Below, piece after piece: positions 45,659 to 54,404 of a stretch of 64,000 nt of DNA; the first letter of the stretch is position 1; each line of letters opens with the position of its first letter. The stretch lies in contig JBEKVQ010000002.1 of the NCBI GenBank assembly GCA_049997815.1, positions 74,483-138,482 of the forward strand. The letters run 5' to 3'. The DNA is from Minisyncoccia bacterium (GTDB lineage Bacteria; Patescibacteriota; Minisyncoccia; UBA6257; GWB1-50-10). The notes under the pieces were generated by a model. That model worked only from the letters and a program-made list of their open reading frames with translations. It had not been told where the DNA came from and searched no databases. The translations under genes were made by a program, and so were the position numbers.

Positions 45659-46579
45659 ATGAATATCTATGATTTGACGATTGTGGGCGGCGGACCGGCT
45701 GGCGTTGCGGCCGGGATTTATGCAGCCAGGAAGAAGCTCAAAACGGTTCTCGTAACCGATACCTTCGGCGGCCAGTCGCTCGTTTCGGATGACATTGGGA
45801 ATTGGATAGGGGAAGAGCACATCTCCGGTTTTGATCTGGCTGGGAAGTTGGAAAAACATCTCAAGGCTCATGAGGGGATCGAAGTCATTGAGGGGGATTT
45901 GGTCTCGAAGATAACGCCTTCCGGCCAGCTTTTCTCGATTGAGACGAAGAACGGAAAGTCGTTCAATACCAAGACCGTTTTGGTTACCGCCGGCAGTCGG
46001 CGGAAGAAATTGGAGGTGCCGGGCGAAAAAGAATTCGAAGGTAAGGGAGTCGCCTACTGCAGCACTTGCGATGCGCCGGTCTTCGGCGGTAAAGAGGTGG
46101 CGGTCGTGGGCGGCGGGAATGCCGGCCTTGAGGCCGTTACAGACCTTCTTCCCTACGCCTCGAAGATTTATTTGATACACCGGAACGTCGCCCTGAAGGG
46201 CGATCCGGTCACGCAGGAAAAAATAAAGAGTGACCCGAAGGTGAAGATTATTTTTAATGCGGAGACCCAAATGATTTTGGGAGAAAAAACAGTCACGGGA
46301 TTGAAATACAGGGACAAGATTACGGGCGAGATTAAGGAGCTTGCGGTTCAGGGCGTATTCGTGGAGATAGGTATTATCCCGAACGGGGATTTGGTGAGGG
46401 ATTTGGTATCGTTGAACTTCCGCGGCGAGATTGTCACGGACCCGAAGACCCAGGCCACTTCCCGGGTGGGCATTTGGGCAGCGGGGGACGCGACCGACGG
46501 TTTATACCGCCAGAATAACATCTCCGCCGGGGATGCGATAAAAGCCCTCCTCAACATCTACGATTATCTGAAAAAATAA
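45659..46579 (+). CDS. trxB: Thioredoxin-disulfide reductase
   Basis: LTIVGGGPAGVAAGIYAARK (FAD), CSTCDAPVF (redox CxxC), VAVVGGGNAGLEA (NADPH). Confidence 0.85.
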   Translation: MNIYDLTIVGGGPAGVAAGIYAARKKLKTVLVTDTFGGQSLVSDDIGNWIGEEHISGFDLAGKLEKHLKAHEGIEVIEGDLVSKITPSGQLFSIETKNGKSFNTKTVLVTAGSRRKKLEVPGEKEFEGKGVAYCSTCDAPVFGGKEVAVVGGGNAGLEAVTDLLPYASKIYLIHRNVALKGDPVTQEKIKSDPKVKIIFNAETQMILGEKTVTGLKYRDKITGEIKELAVQGVFVEIGIIPNGDLVRDLVSLNFRGEIVTDPKTQATSRVGIWAAGDATDGLYRQNNISAGDAIKALLNIYDYLKK

Positions 46580-46602
46580 ATCCTTAATTACCATCATTTG
46601 CT

Positions 46603-46608
46603 ATAATT
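46603..46608 (+). promoter_or_regulatory. -10 box TATAAT 7 nt before ATG 46615 (leaderless-type start)
   Basis: ctataattagcgtaATG. Confidence 0.4.
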
Positions 46609-46614
46609 AGCGTA

Positions 46615-47142
46615 ATGACCGACAAGCAGAGGAATATTGTTATTATCTTCGGAGTACTGGTTTTAATCGGGATTGTTCTGGGGGTTGTCTTCAGCGGAGG
46701 CCAATCTATGATTGGACCCGGTTTGGGTGGTTCGCCGGCTGGCGGGACCGCCTCAACGTCCAAACCGATCGGGTACGTTCCAACTACCCCGCAGGGAGCG
46801 ACACTCACGACCCCCCAAAACGATGCTCCTGCAAGTCCCAATATACAATCGGGCACTATGGCGCGTTTCTTTGATTTGCGCGTGAGTGCGAGCGGATTCA
46901 ATCCGTCTACGCTTACTGTCAATAAAGGAGACACAATCCACCTTAATCTTATGCCGACGGACGGGAATTATGATTTTGAGATTCCCTATCTGCCGTTCTA
47001 TACTTCCGCGGTGAGCATGGGGCAGTCGAGGACGTTGGTATTCGATACTGCGACTCCGGGTACTTTTGAGTTCCGGTGCCGGGATTTTTGCCCCCGAAGT
47101 GGGGCCATAAAGGGCTCACTTATCGTTCTTCCTAGGAAATAA
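46615..47142 (+). CDS. Membrane-anchored cupredoxin-like domain protein (copper ligands not evident)
   Basis: N-terminal TM; FNPSTLTVNKGDTIHLNL...GTFEFRCRDFC...GSLIV beta-sandwich pattern. Confidence 0.5.
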   Translation: MTDKQRNIVIIFGVLVLIGIVLGVVFSGGQSMIGPGLGGSPAGGTASTSKPIGYVPTTPQGATLTTPQNDAPASPNIQSGTMARFFDLRVSASGFNPSTLTVNKGDTIHLNLMPTDGNYDFEIPYLPFYTSAVSMGQSRTLVFDTATPGTFEFRCRDFCPRSGAIKGSLIVLPRK

Positions 47143-47147
47143 TAAGC

Positions 47148-48671
47148 ATGAAGGACAAAAGAATCATTTTTTTATTACCGCTCCTGGCCGTCGACCTTTT
47201 ATTGTTTAACGTTACTCTCGCCTTCACTGGTCCGGGAACCCTGCAACCCGGTTCGGGCGGCGGACTTCTTTTCAGTTCCAGTACGTACATTGGCATCGGG
47301 ACGACGAATCCCGCCGTAACCCTGCATGTCGTAGGAGGAGTTGGAGGAATAAACATCGCTCGTTTTTCTCGTACCAATGGCGCTACCACTGATTCTTTCT
47401 TTTCTGGGTCCGGCGGTTCTTCTTTTGTGGGTTTCACCGATAATGCCAGCGTATCTTGGAGTTTAGGTAGTGATAATGGTGATAGTAGTAAGTTCAAAAT
47501 ATCAAAAAGCATCGATCTTGGTTCTAATTATTATCTAACCATTGATGATGCAAATGGGAACGTCGGCATCGCGACCACCTCTCCCACCTATCCGCTCACG
47601 GTGAATGGGAGCGTGTACTCGACAGGGAATTTTATCGGGGGTCTTTCAGGAACGCTCACTGCCGGGAATATTACCGGTCCCACGGCATTCGGTGCGACCT
47701 TCCAGACTGCTCCTCCCGTCGGATATGTATACGCCTTCCCGCAGGCGCTCGCAGTGGGAACGACGACGGTCGCCGGTTTGCAGACGAATATGTTGTTCGC
47801 GGCCGGTAACGTCGGTATCGGAACGACGGCACCGGTAACAAAATTGGATGTTTCTGGAGCTATAACTGCAAGAGGTGCTAATCCGGGCGGAATCGGCGCG
47901 AATGCTACGGTACTGGATTTTAGCGGAGGAACCGCTCGGTGGTTTAGTTATGGACCAGATGCTTCTACGAACGGCATATTTCAACTTTATTCTCAGAGAA
48001 GCGATGGAACAAATAATATAATTCCAGTCACAATTTTAGGAAATGGCAACGTCGGCATCGGGACGACGGGGCCGGGAGGTATGTTGCATGTAAGAGGTAA
48101 CGGTGTCGCCCAGCCGATGGTAATTGTTGAGGATTATTCTGCTGCCAGCAATCCTGCTATCCAAATAAAGAACGACACGACAAATTGGTTTTTGGAAACG
48201 GTTGGGGCACGAAGCAATAATTTTGAAATTTCGCACGGTGGCGGTGCGGCATCAAATTCATTTCTGGCAATTCAAACGAACGGCAACGTCGGCATCGCAA
48301 CCACCACGCCTAAATATCCACTCTCGGTCAATGGCTCTTATTATTCGGTTGAGCTTGATAAGGGAAACTCCGGTGCTGCTATAACGATTGACTGGAGTGC
48401 AGGCAACACCCAGCACGTAATTTTGACGTCTGGTCCAGGGACTCCCGTAGCTCTCACGTTCACGAATCCCCAGCCGGGTGCCCGCTATACGCTTATTCTG
48501 AAACAAGACGGCACTGGCGGAAGAACCGTGACCTGGCCCGCGACCTTCAGAACTGGTTCGGCCGGACCCATCACTCTCTCGACAGCGCCCAACGCGACTG
48601 ACTACGTGGGTCTTCAGTACAACGGCGTGGACGGAAAATACGATAACGTCGCCTTCAACGCGGGATTCTAA
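47148..48671 (+). CDS. Secreted repeat protein with five about 80-aa tandem repeats carrying GNVGIGTT(x)P motifs
   Basis: Signal peptide MKDKRIIFLLPLLAVDLLLFNVTLAFTG; repeats YIGIGTTNP / GNVGIATTSPTYPLTVNGS / GNVGIGTTAPVTKLDVSGA / GNVGIGTTGPGGMLHVRGN / GNVGIATTTPKYPLSVNGS. Confidence 0.8.
   Translation: MKDKRIIFLLPLLAVDLLLFNVTLAFTGPGTLQPGSGGGLLFSSSTYIGIGTTNPAVTLHVVGGVGGINIARFSRTNGATTDSFFSGSGGSSFVGFTDNASVSWSLGSDNGDSSKFKISKSIDLGSNYYLTIDDANGNVGIATTSPTYPLTVNGSVYSTGNFIGGLSGTLTAGNITGPTAFGATFQTAPPVGYVYAFPQALAVGTTTVAGLQTNMLFAAGNVGIGTTAPVTKLDVSGAITARGANPGGIGANATVLDFSGGTARWFSYGPDASTNGIFQLYSQRSDGTNNIIPVTILGNGNVGIGTTGPGGMLHVRGNGVAQPMVIVEDYSAASNPAIQIKNDTTNWFLETVGARSNNFEISHGGGAASNSFLAIQTNGNVGIATTTPKYPLSVNGSYYSVELDKGNSGAAITIDWSAGNTQHVILTSGPGTPVALTFTNPQPGARYTLILKQDGTGGRTVTWPATFRTGSAGPITLSTAPNATDYVGLQYNGVDGKYDNVAFNAGF
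47285..48520 (+). repeat. About 240-nt (80 aa) in-frame tandem repeats x5 within the secreted protein gene
   Basis: ggNaacgtcggNatcg recurs at 47557, 47805, 48045, 48282 (plus a variant at about 47290). Confidence 0.7.
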
Positions 48672-51600
48672 CGAAATTACTTTTCAGGTCTCGTCGGATG
48701 CGGCGGAGGTTTTTGGCAATCAGCCGCCCGACAGCGTTCGGGCTGAATTTTTTTATAATGTCGCTTTGAGCGACCATCCCTTTGCGCGCCGCTATCTCGC
48801 GGTTCTCGTATATCAATCGCATTCGCCTCGCCGCTTCGTGTTCGTCCGGCTCCGCCCATTCGTTTCCCTGCCGGTAGATGCCGTAATCCCGCTTCAGGGG
48901 AACCAGTTTGTAGTTTATGGGGAAGCTGTTCATCTCATTCATGAAATCCGCGTTCCCGGACCAGTTGGTGGCGATGACCGGCTTCCGGAGAGCCATCGCT
49001 TCGGCGAGCGGCAGGCCGAACCCTTCCGAGCGGTGAAGAGAAACGTAGCAGTCGCAGACGTTCAATAAACTCGCGATCTCTTCGCGGGCCAGATAGCGGG
49101 GGATAAGGTGGATATTGTGTCCTTTCGCGGCGTCCTCGAGAAGCCGAAAATTTTTCGGTTCGACCTTGGGATTGGAACACTTTATAACAAGATGAACGAG
49201 CTCTTCCGAAGAGAACGCTTCCTTGAAGGCGCGGATGGCCGCGAGCGGATTTTTTCTCTCAAAGATGCTGAAGAAATCGAACATAGAGAGGAAGAGGATA
49301 TGTCCTTCGGGCAGTTCGAAGTGCGCGCGGGGGAAAGGATGTCGTCCCACCTCAATGGCGTGGGGGATGACGGTAACGGGGATGTCAGGCCTTAGGCGCT
49401 TTACGGCATCTGCCACGAAAGAACTCGGCACCCAAACTTCGTTTACGCGGTCAAGGAGCTTGCCCCATTCGGGCGGCATCTCCGGAAGTTCCCAGGCCCA
49501 ATAGGCGATATTGTATTTGCCGGCGAATCTCTCTTCCCCGAAGTTTTCGAGTTCTATCCCGAACATGTCCCCGTAGATGGCGATGAGATTTACCCGATAG
49601 GGATTGGTCTTGGCGAATCTTTTGGAAAATTGATTCTCGTTCCGCCGGTGGGGAACGCGGGGACTATTGAGGAGGGCGGAGGGAATGCCGGCCTGGTCCA
49701 CGGCGCGGATAAGGGTCCGAGCGGCTTCGCCGACGCCGCTTTCGGAGTCCAGAAACCCGAAGATATTCACTCCACTTCTGGCGTCTCGCCTGGAATATCT
49801 TTCGGATAAGCGATTGCCGGGGGAATCGGCAATTCGGATTTTGTCCAAGCTTTCCTGGTTTTCTTCGCGAGTCTCCCCGGTTTTTCTTAACTTCTCTCTC
49901 TGCTGTTCCGCCGAAAAACTTTCCACATCGATTTTCCCGGCTCGGCGGTTGTAGAGTAGGTGCATTCTGGTGGTGAGATATTTCACAGGACCGTACTCCA
50001 GATACATCTTCGAATATAGTTTTACGAAGAATGTCGGTTTGCCGCGGACGAGTTTTTTGGGATTGATGCGTCCCAGAACCGCATTTTGAATATGTGAACC
50101 CTCGCGTCGGAGCGTTTCCATTACCTCGGCCGGAAACGGTTTCCCCGTTTGTGTCTCGATCGCGCGGAGATAGAAGAAAAGTTGGGAGAGGGCGTTGCTC
50201 CGTCTTCCCTCATCGATAACCTCCCGCCAGTTCGGTTCGTTCTCCTTTAGGAAGCTTGCGGCGGCGGTTATCCTTCGGCCACACTTTTTGAATTGCTTCG
50301 GAAAGTGGTAATAAGAAAGTTCAAGGCATAAAAGGCAAGCATCGGTCACGAGCGCACCGGGACCGTTTTGAAGAGCCATGTCCGAGATTGATGAGAGCGA
50401 GAACGGTAGATTCGAGAGGCGTTCGGAGAGGGACAATCTGTCGCCCTGCCTCATCATATTCACGGGCGGCAGGATGACGCGGTGTTTGAAGAGATTAAAG
50501 ACGGGCAGAACCATCCTGTGTTTTGCGAAGTTATAGACGGGCAGAACCATCCTGTGCTTTACCCAGTTAAGGGGAGGAATGAATATCGGCAGGATGATCT
50601 TGTGTTTCAGAAAATTGTATGGGGGTAGTACCACCCTGTGTTTCACGAAATTGAACGGGGGGAGAAATAACGGCAGCACCACCCTGTGTTTCATATAGTT
50701 GAAGGCCGGAAGGATAATCTTGTGTTTCGCATATTCCAGAGATGGAGGAAGACGGTGGTACTTTTGCATCGGCCGCTTGGTGGCGCGCCGGGGTTCCGCG
50801 GGAACGGTGAACCTGTTTTTTTGTTTTTCTATCCAGGCCCTTACCGGGGTGGTGTCCTGAGCAGCAAGCTCCAAAATGAATTGGTCGGTTCTCTTCCGGC
50901 TTCGCTGTATCTTCCGTCGTTCCTTGAGGGTGTTTGGCAAATGCAGGATATTCCATCCCAGAGCCAAAAACGGGATTGAAACGTATGTGAGTTTCTTTCC
51001 CAAAGGGATCTGATATTTGCTGGTCTGGAAATATCCGACAATGGCGAACCAATAGCCGATGAGTACGTACGAAATTTGCCTGGGGAGTTCGGGCGCCCCG
51101 TAGTTCTTGATGGCCGATCGCAGGGCGTTTTTCTTGCAGAGATAAAGTTTTTTGTATTGGGCTCCCCGATAACTCGCGCTGTGTTTGTGATAAATGACGG
51201 CGTCTTTTTCGAAGAATATGTCGTAGCCCATGAGGTTGGCGCGCCAGCTCCAGTCCAGGTCCTCGAAATAAGCGTTGAATTTCTCGTCGAGAAATCCGAC
51301 CTTCCGGAGCGCGTCGGCGCTTATAAGCGACGCTCCCCAGCACGCCCCCAATACCTTAGAGCTCCTTTTCTTGCCGAACTGCCTCTGAAGGCCGAAGTTA
51401 GCGTCGTAACCGTCGCCGTTCCAGTCTATCGTTCCGCCTTGGCTGTTTATTATCTCCGGATGATTGTAAAAGAGCATATTGGAGGTTACCGCGGCGATGT
51501 TTGGGGCGCTCTTCGCTCTCCGGACGAGTGCGGCAAGCCAAGCGCTCTCGGCTCTCGTATCATTGTTCATGACGGCGATGAAACCGGGATGGTACTTCTG

Positions 51601-51840
51601 GAGGGAATAGCGCAGTCCCGCATTCACCGTGCGGGCGAAGCCCCGATTTCGGGGAAGAATGAGAATGTCCACTTCCGGAAAATTCGCGCGGAGATATTCC
51701 TCGGTGTCATCGGTCGAAGCATCGTCGGCGACGACGGTCTTAAAGTTTTGGTACGATTGTCCGCGCAGGGAACGTAAGCATTCATCGAGAAGCTGTCTGC
51801 CGTTGTAGGAGGGGATGACGATTATCGTTTCGTAGGCCAT
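48655..51840 (-). CDS. Multi-domain glycosyltransferase: N-terminal GT2 + central 12-aa tandem-repeat module + C-terminal GT4
   Basis: IVIPSYNGRQLLDECLRSLRGQSYQNFKTVVADDASTDDT (GT2); PAFNYMKHRVVL/PPFNFVKHRVVL/PPYNFLKHKIIL/PPLNWVKHRMVL/PVYNFAKHRMVL/PVFNLFKHRVIL repeats; RSEGFGLPLAEAMALRKPVIATNWSGNADF (GT4). Start set at ATG 51840 (MAYETIIVIPSYNG), 8 nt after upstream stop; ORF extends to 51936. Confidence 0.8.
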   Translation of the reverse strand: MAYETIIVIPSYNGRQLLDECLRSLRGQSYQNFKTVVADDASTDDTEEYLRANFPEVDILILPRNRGFARTVNAGLRYSLQKYHPGFIAVMNNDTRAESAWLAALVRRAKSAPNIAAVTSNMLFYNHPEIINSQGGTIDWNGDGYDANFGLQRQFGKKRSSKVLGACWGASLISADALRKVGFLDEKFNAYFEDLDWSWRANLMGYDIFFEKDAVIYHKHSASYRGAQYKKLYLCKKNALRSAIKNYGAPELPRQISYVLIGYWFAIVGYFQTSKYQIPLGKKLTYVSIPFLALGWNILHLPNTLKERRKIQRSRKRTDQFILELAAQDTTPVRAWIEKQKNRFTVPAEPRRATKRPMQKYHRLPPSLEYAKHKIILPAFNYMKHRVVLPLFLPPFNFVKHRVVLPPYNFLKHKIILPIFIPPLNWVKHRMVLPVYNFAKHRMVLPVFNLFKHRVILPPVNMMRQGDRLSLSERLSNLPFSLSSISDMALQNGPGALVTDACLLCLELSYYHFPKQFKKCGRRITAAASFLKENEPNWREVIDEGRRSNALSQLFFYLRAIETQTGKPFPAEVMETLRREGSHIQNAVLGRINPKKLVRGKPTFFVKLYSKMYLEYGPVKYLTTRMHLLYNRRAGKIDVESFSAEQQREKLRKTGETREENQESLDKIRIADSPGNRLSERYSRRDARSGVNIFGFLDSESGVGEAARTLIRAVDQAGIPSALLNSPRVPHRRNENQFSKRFAKTNPYRVNLIAIYGDMFGIELENFGEERFAGKYNIAYWAWELPEMPPEWGKLLDRVNEVWVPSSFVADAVKRLRPDIPVTVIPHAIEVGRHPFPRAHFELPEGHILFLSMFDFFSIFERKNPLAAIRAFKEAFSSEELVHLVIKCSNPKVEPKNFRLLEDAAKGHNIHLIPRYLAREEIASLLNVCDCYVSLHRSEGFGLPLAEAMALRKPVIATNWSGNADFMNEMNSFPINYKLVPLKRDYGIYRQGNEWAEPDEHEAARRMRLIYENREIAARKGMVAQSDIIKKFSPNAVGRLIAKNLRRIRRDLKSNFVRIPR
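50462..50757 (-). repeat. 36-nt (12-aa) tandem repeat x about 8, with two 12-nt insertions, coding the KH[RK]hhLP..N.. module
   Basis: gacgggcagaaccatcctgtg... repeated on + strand; protein repeats listed above. Confidence 0.8.
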
Positions 51841-51848
51841 CTTGTCGC

Positions 51849-52568
51849 TTAAAGTCCCCCGTATTGGTCTAGAACGTCCTTCGTCTTTCCGAAAGCTTTC
51901 AATTCGCCTTTGTCGAGGAGAAGCGTGCGCTCGCAATGTTCGGCAACGGCAGTCAGGTCGTGGCTAGCGAAGATTATGGTTTTTCCCCTTCGCTTGTAAT
52001 CCTCGAATACGGAGAAGCATTGCGGTTTGAAATCCTTGTCACCCACGGCGAAGATTTCGTCCAGAAGAAGCACGTCAGGGTCGGTTTGCACCATCGTAGC
52101 GAAAGCGAGGCGTGCTATCATGCCCGATGAAAAATTCTTAACCTTCATATCCCTGAACTTTCCGACGCCAGCGAAGTCGAATATCCGGTCCAGCTTGTCT
52201 TTTATCTCTTTCCGCGGCATGCCCAAAATGGCGCCGTAGAGGTAAAGATTTTCTTGGGCGGTAAGTTCATGATGGAAACCGACGCTCAAACTTAGAAGAG
52301 GCGCTACCGTGCCCTCGATTTGAAATTCACCTTCGGTGGGCGGCACTATCCCCCCCAGAATCTTAAGAAGAGTGGTCTTTCCGCTTCCGTTCTTGCCGAC
52401 CAGCCCCACCATTTCGCCCTTGTCTATTGAGAAATTCACGTTTTTTAGGGCATAAAAGTTCTCGTAGGTTACCTGGTCCTTTATGTAGCCCAAGACGAGC
52501 TCGAAAAGCGTCGTCGTTTTCTCGTGGGGAATCCTGTATAACTTTGCGATGCCTTTAGCTTTAATCAT
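51849..52568 (-). CDS. ABC transporter ATP-binding protein, Wzt/TagH-like polysaccharide exporter
   Basis: GLVGKNGSGKTTLLKIL (Walker A), LLLDEIFAVGD (Walker B). Confidence 0.85.
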   Translation of the reverse strand: MIKAKGIAKLYRIPHEKTTTLFELVLGYIKDQVTYENFYALKNVNFSIDKGEMVGLVGKNGSGKTTLLKILGGIVPPTEGEFQIEGTVAPLLSLSVGFHHELTAQENLYLYGAILGMPRKEIKDKLDRIFDFAGVGKFRDMKVKNFSSGMIARLAFATMVQTDPDVLLLDEIFAVGDKDFKPQCFSVFEDYKRRGKTIIFASHDLTAVAEHCERTLLLDKGELKAFGKTKDVLDQYGGL

Positions 52569-52571
52569 GGT

Positions 52572-53342
52572 TCATAGTTCGTCGATGAATGTGCGCCCGT
52601 ATTTTCTGAATACCAGCCATCCGCCAGCAAAGACAACGGCCGTTATCGCGATGGTGATGAGAAGTTGTTTCGCCTCCGGGAAGAAGTTGTAAAGGACGGC
52701 GTTTCTGGCATCGATGATTATGCGCGCCACCGGATTCAAAAGATACCACCGGCTGTACGGCTCCGGCACCAAGGTGTACTGGTAAACGATGGGCGTAGCC
52801 CAGAAAAGCATCTGGAGAAATATGTCCCAGATGTGTCCGAAATCCTTGAAGCGCATATGGAGCGGAACGATAAGAAACGAGACGCCGGCGGTTAGAATGA
52901 TGAGTGACGGAACTAAAAGAAGGAGCGTGAGCGCGCTCCAGGTCAGGTGAAGGCCGAGGGCGAAGAAGAAAATGAAAAAGATGGCGAGCGTAATAAGAAA
53001 CGTCCAGAGCGAATGGACGATGACGCTCGTGACGACCACGAAGGGCGGCAGGTTCGTTTTTTGAAGGAGATGAGCCTTTGTAACCACGCCGACCGTGCTG
53101 TCCTTCGTGGTATCGGCGAAGAAGTTCCAGAAGATGATGCCTAAGAGCAGATAAACCTCGTAATTTTGGATGCCTACCTTGAGGAAGTAGAAGAAGACGA
53201 CATAAAGTATGGCGAGCATCATGAACGGTTTCAGGAAGCTCCAGAGGAGCCCGAGCACCGAACCGTAGTATTTCAGCTTGAAGTCCAGGCGGGACAGCTC
53301 GTAGATGACGTTGAGGTAGTGGCTTAGTTTTTTCTTTTTCAT
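52572..53342 (-). CDS. ABC-2 type transporter permease, Wzm/TagG-like
   Basis: 6 TM; start chosen at MKKKKLSHY (ORF extends to 53372). Confidence 0.8.
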   Translation of the reverse strand: MKKKKLSHYLNVIYELSRLDFKLKYYGSVLGLLWSFLKPFMMLAILYVVFFYFLKVGIQNYEVYLLLGIIFWNFFADTTKDSTVGVVTKAHLLQKTNLPPFVVVTSVIVHSLWTFLITLAIFFIFFFALGLHLTWSALTLLLLVPSLIILTAGVSFLIVPLHMRFKDFGHIWDIFLQMLFWATPIVYQYTLVPEPYSRWYLLNPVARIIIDARNAVLYNFFPEAKQLLITIAITAVVFAGGWLVFRKYGRTFIDEL

Positions 53343-53394
53343 GGTAGACTCAGGCTTGCGGGTCAAACCCATTCGTCATTATAGTTATTATATT

Positions 53395-54396
53395 ATGCGC
53401 ATTCTGACACACCCTGTACATACCGCTTGGGAGTACGAGTTCGCTAAAACCGGGCACGAAATATTCACGGTGGCGCCCGACGATTTCAAGAAGCTAGCTC
53501 CCGATTGGTGGGGCGTTTGCCGGGGAACATTGACGGGTGGACCGGTGTGGGACACGAAGAATCGACCGTTGCCGGATAACGTGAGAGTGATATCTTTGGA
53601 TGCCGCTCTTCGCATGCATTTTGATGTTTGCATCGTCCATGCCTTGCCTTGGCTTGAAGAATTACGGAACGTATCTTGTCCGATTATCTACAAAGCTCAC
53701 GTGATTCCTCCTGCCGACTTTCTGCCTAAATGGGCCGAGAAAGTCATATCTGCATTAACTTTTGGCAATGAGGTAACGATGAATAAAATCGTTACCAAGC
53801 GCCCGATTTTTAGGAATGTCATTCGCGTCCCCATTGACTCCAGTATATTTGACGGTTATGTCGGCGGTACAGAAAGATGCCTTGCGATTGCAAATCTCGT
53901 TCGGGGCCGACCGGATAAAAGATTTGATCGTCTGGACAAGATCGCTTCAGTGGCGCCGGTTGACCTCCTCGGTGGCGGGAACAACGGGGTCTCCTACGCC
54001 ATAGGAGAAGCGCGGTCATTTGACGAGCTTTTGTCGTTCTATAGAAATTACGCCGTATTTCTGGAGGCCGGTGATTATGTCAGTATGTCCTGCCGGGAAG
54101 CGATGATGGTGGGCATGCCGGTGGTGTTATTTCTTCATGAAAATCGTAAGCAGAAGCTTTTTAGAAACGATGAAAATTGCATTATTGCGGAAACGGAAGA
54201 GGAAGCCGCGGAGGCGATTAAATCGCTTTTAGGTGACCCAGCGAGGAGAAAGAGGATCGGCGCGAACGCCCGTTCGTCCGTTTTGGACCTTTTTGACGTC
54301 AATACATTCCGCCGTCAGTGGAACGATTTATTGCGGAAAGTGGTTCGAGAACATAAGATTCTTTCTTTGTCCGATAAAAAGGGGTCAAAATTTTAA
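53395..54396 (+). CDS. Glycosyltransferase family 4-like
   Basis: SCREAMMVGMPVVLFLHEN; start at MRILTHP (ORF extends to 53341, which would collide with the divergent permease). Confidence 0.65.
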   Translation: MRILTHPVHTAWEYEFAKTGHEIFTVAPDDFKKLAPDWWGVCRGTLTGGPVWDTKNRPLPDNVRVISLDAALRMHFDVCIVHALPWLEELRNVSCPIIYKAHVIPPADFLPKWAEKVISALTFGNEVTMNKIVTKRPIFRNVIRVPIDSSIFDGYVGGTERCLAIANLVRGRPDKRFDRLDKIASVAPVDLLGGGNNGVSYAIGEARSFDELLSFYRNYAVFLEAGDYVSMSCREAMMVGMPVVLFLHENRKQKLFRNDENCIIAETEEEAAEAIKSLLGDPARRKRIGANARSSVLDLFDVNTFRRQWNDLLRKVVREHKILSLSDKKGSKF

Positions 54397-54404
54397 AGAT
54401 AAAA

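Noticed and set aside
45434-46270. 278-aa minus-strand ORF
   Set aside because: It lies antisense across the well-supported trxB gene and the zinc-ribbon miniprotein. It has a Gly/Arg-rich low-complexity composition typical of a GC-rich antisense frame.
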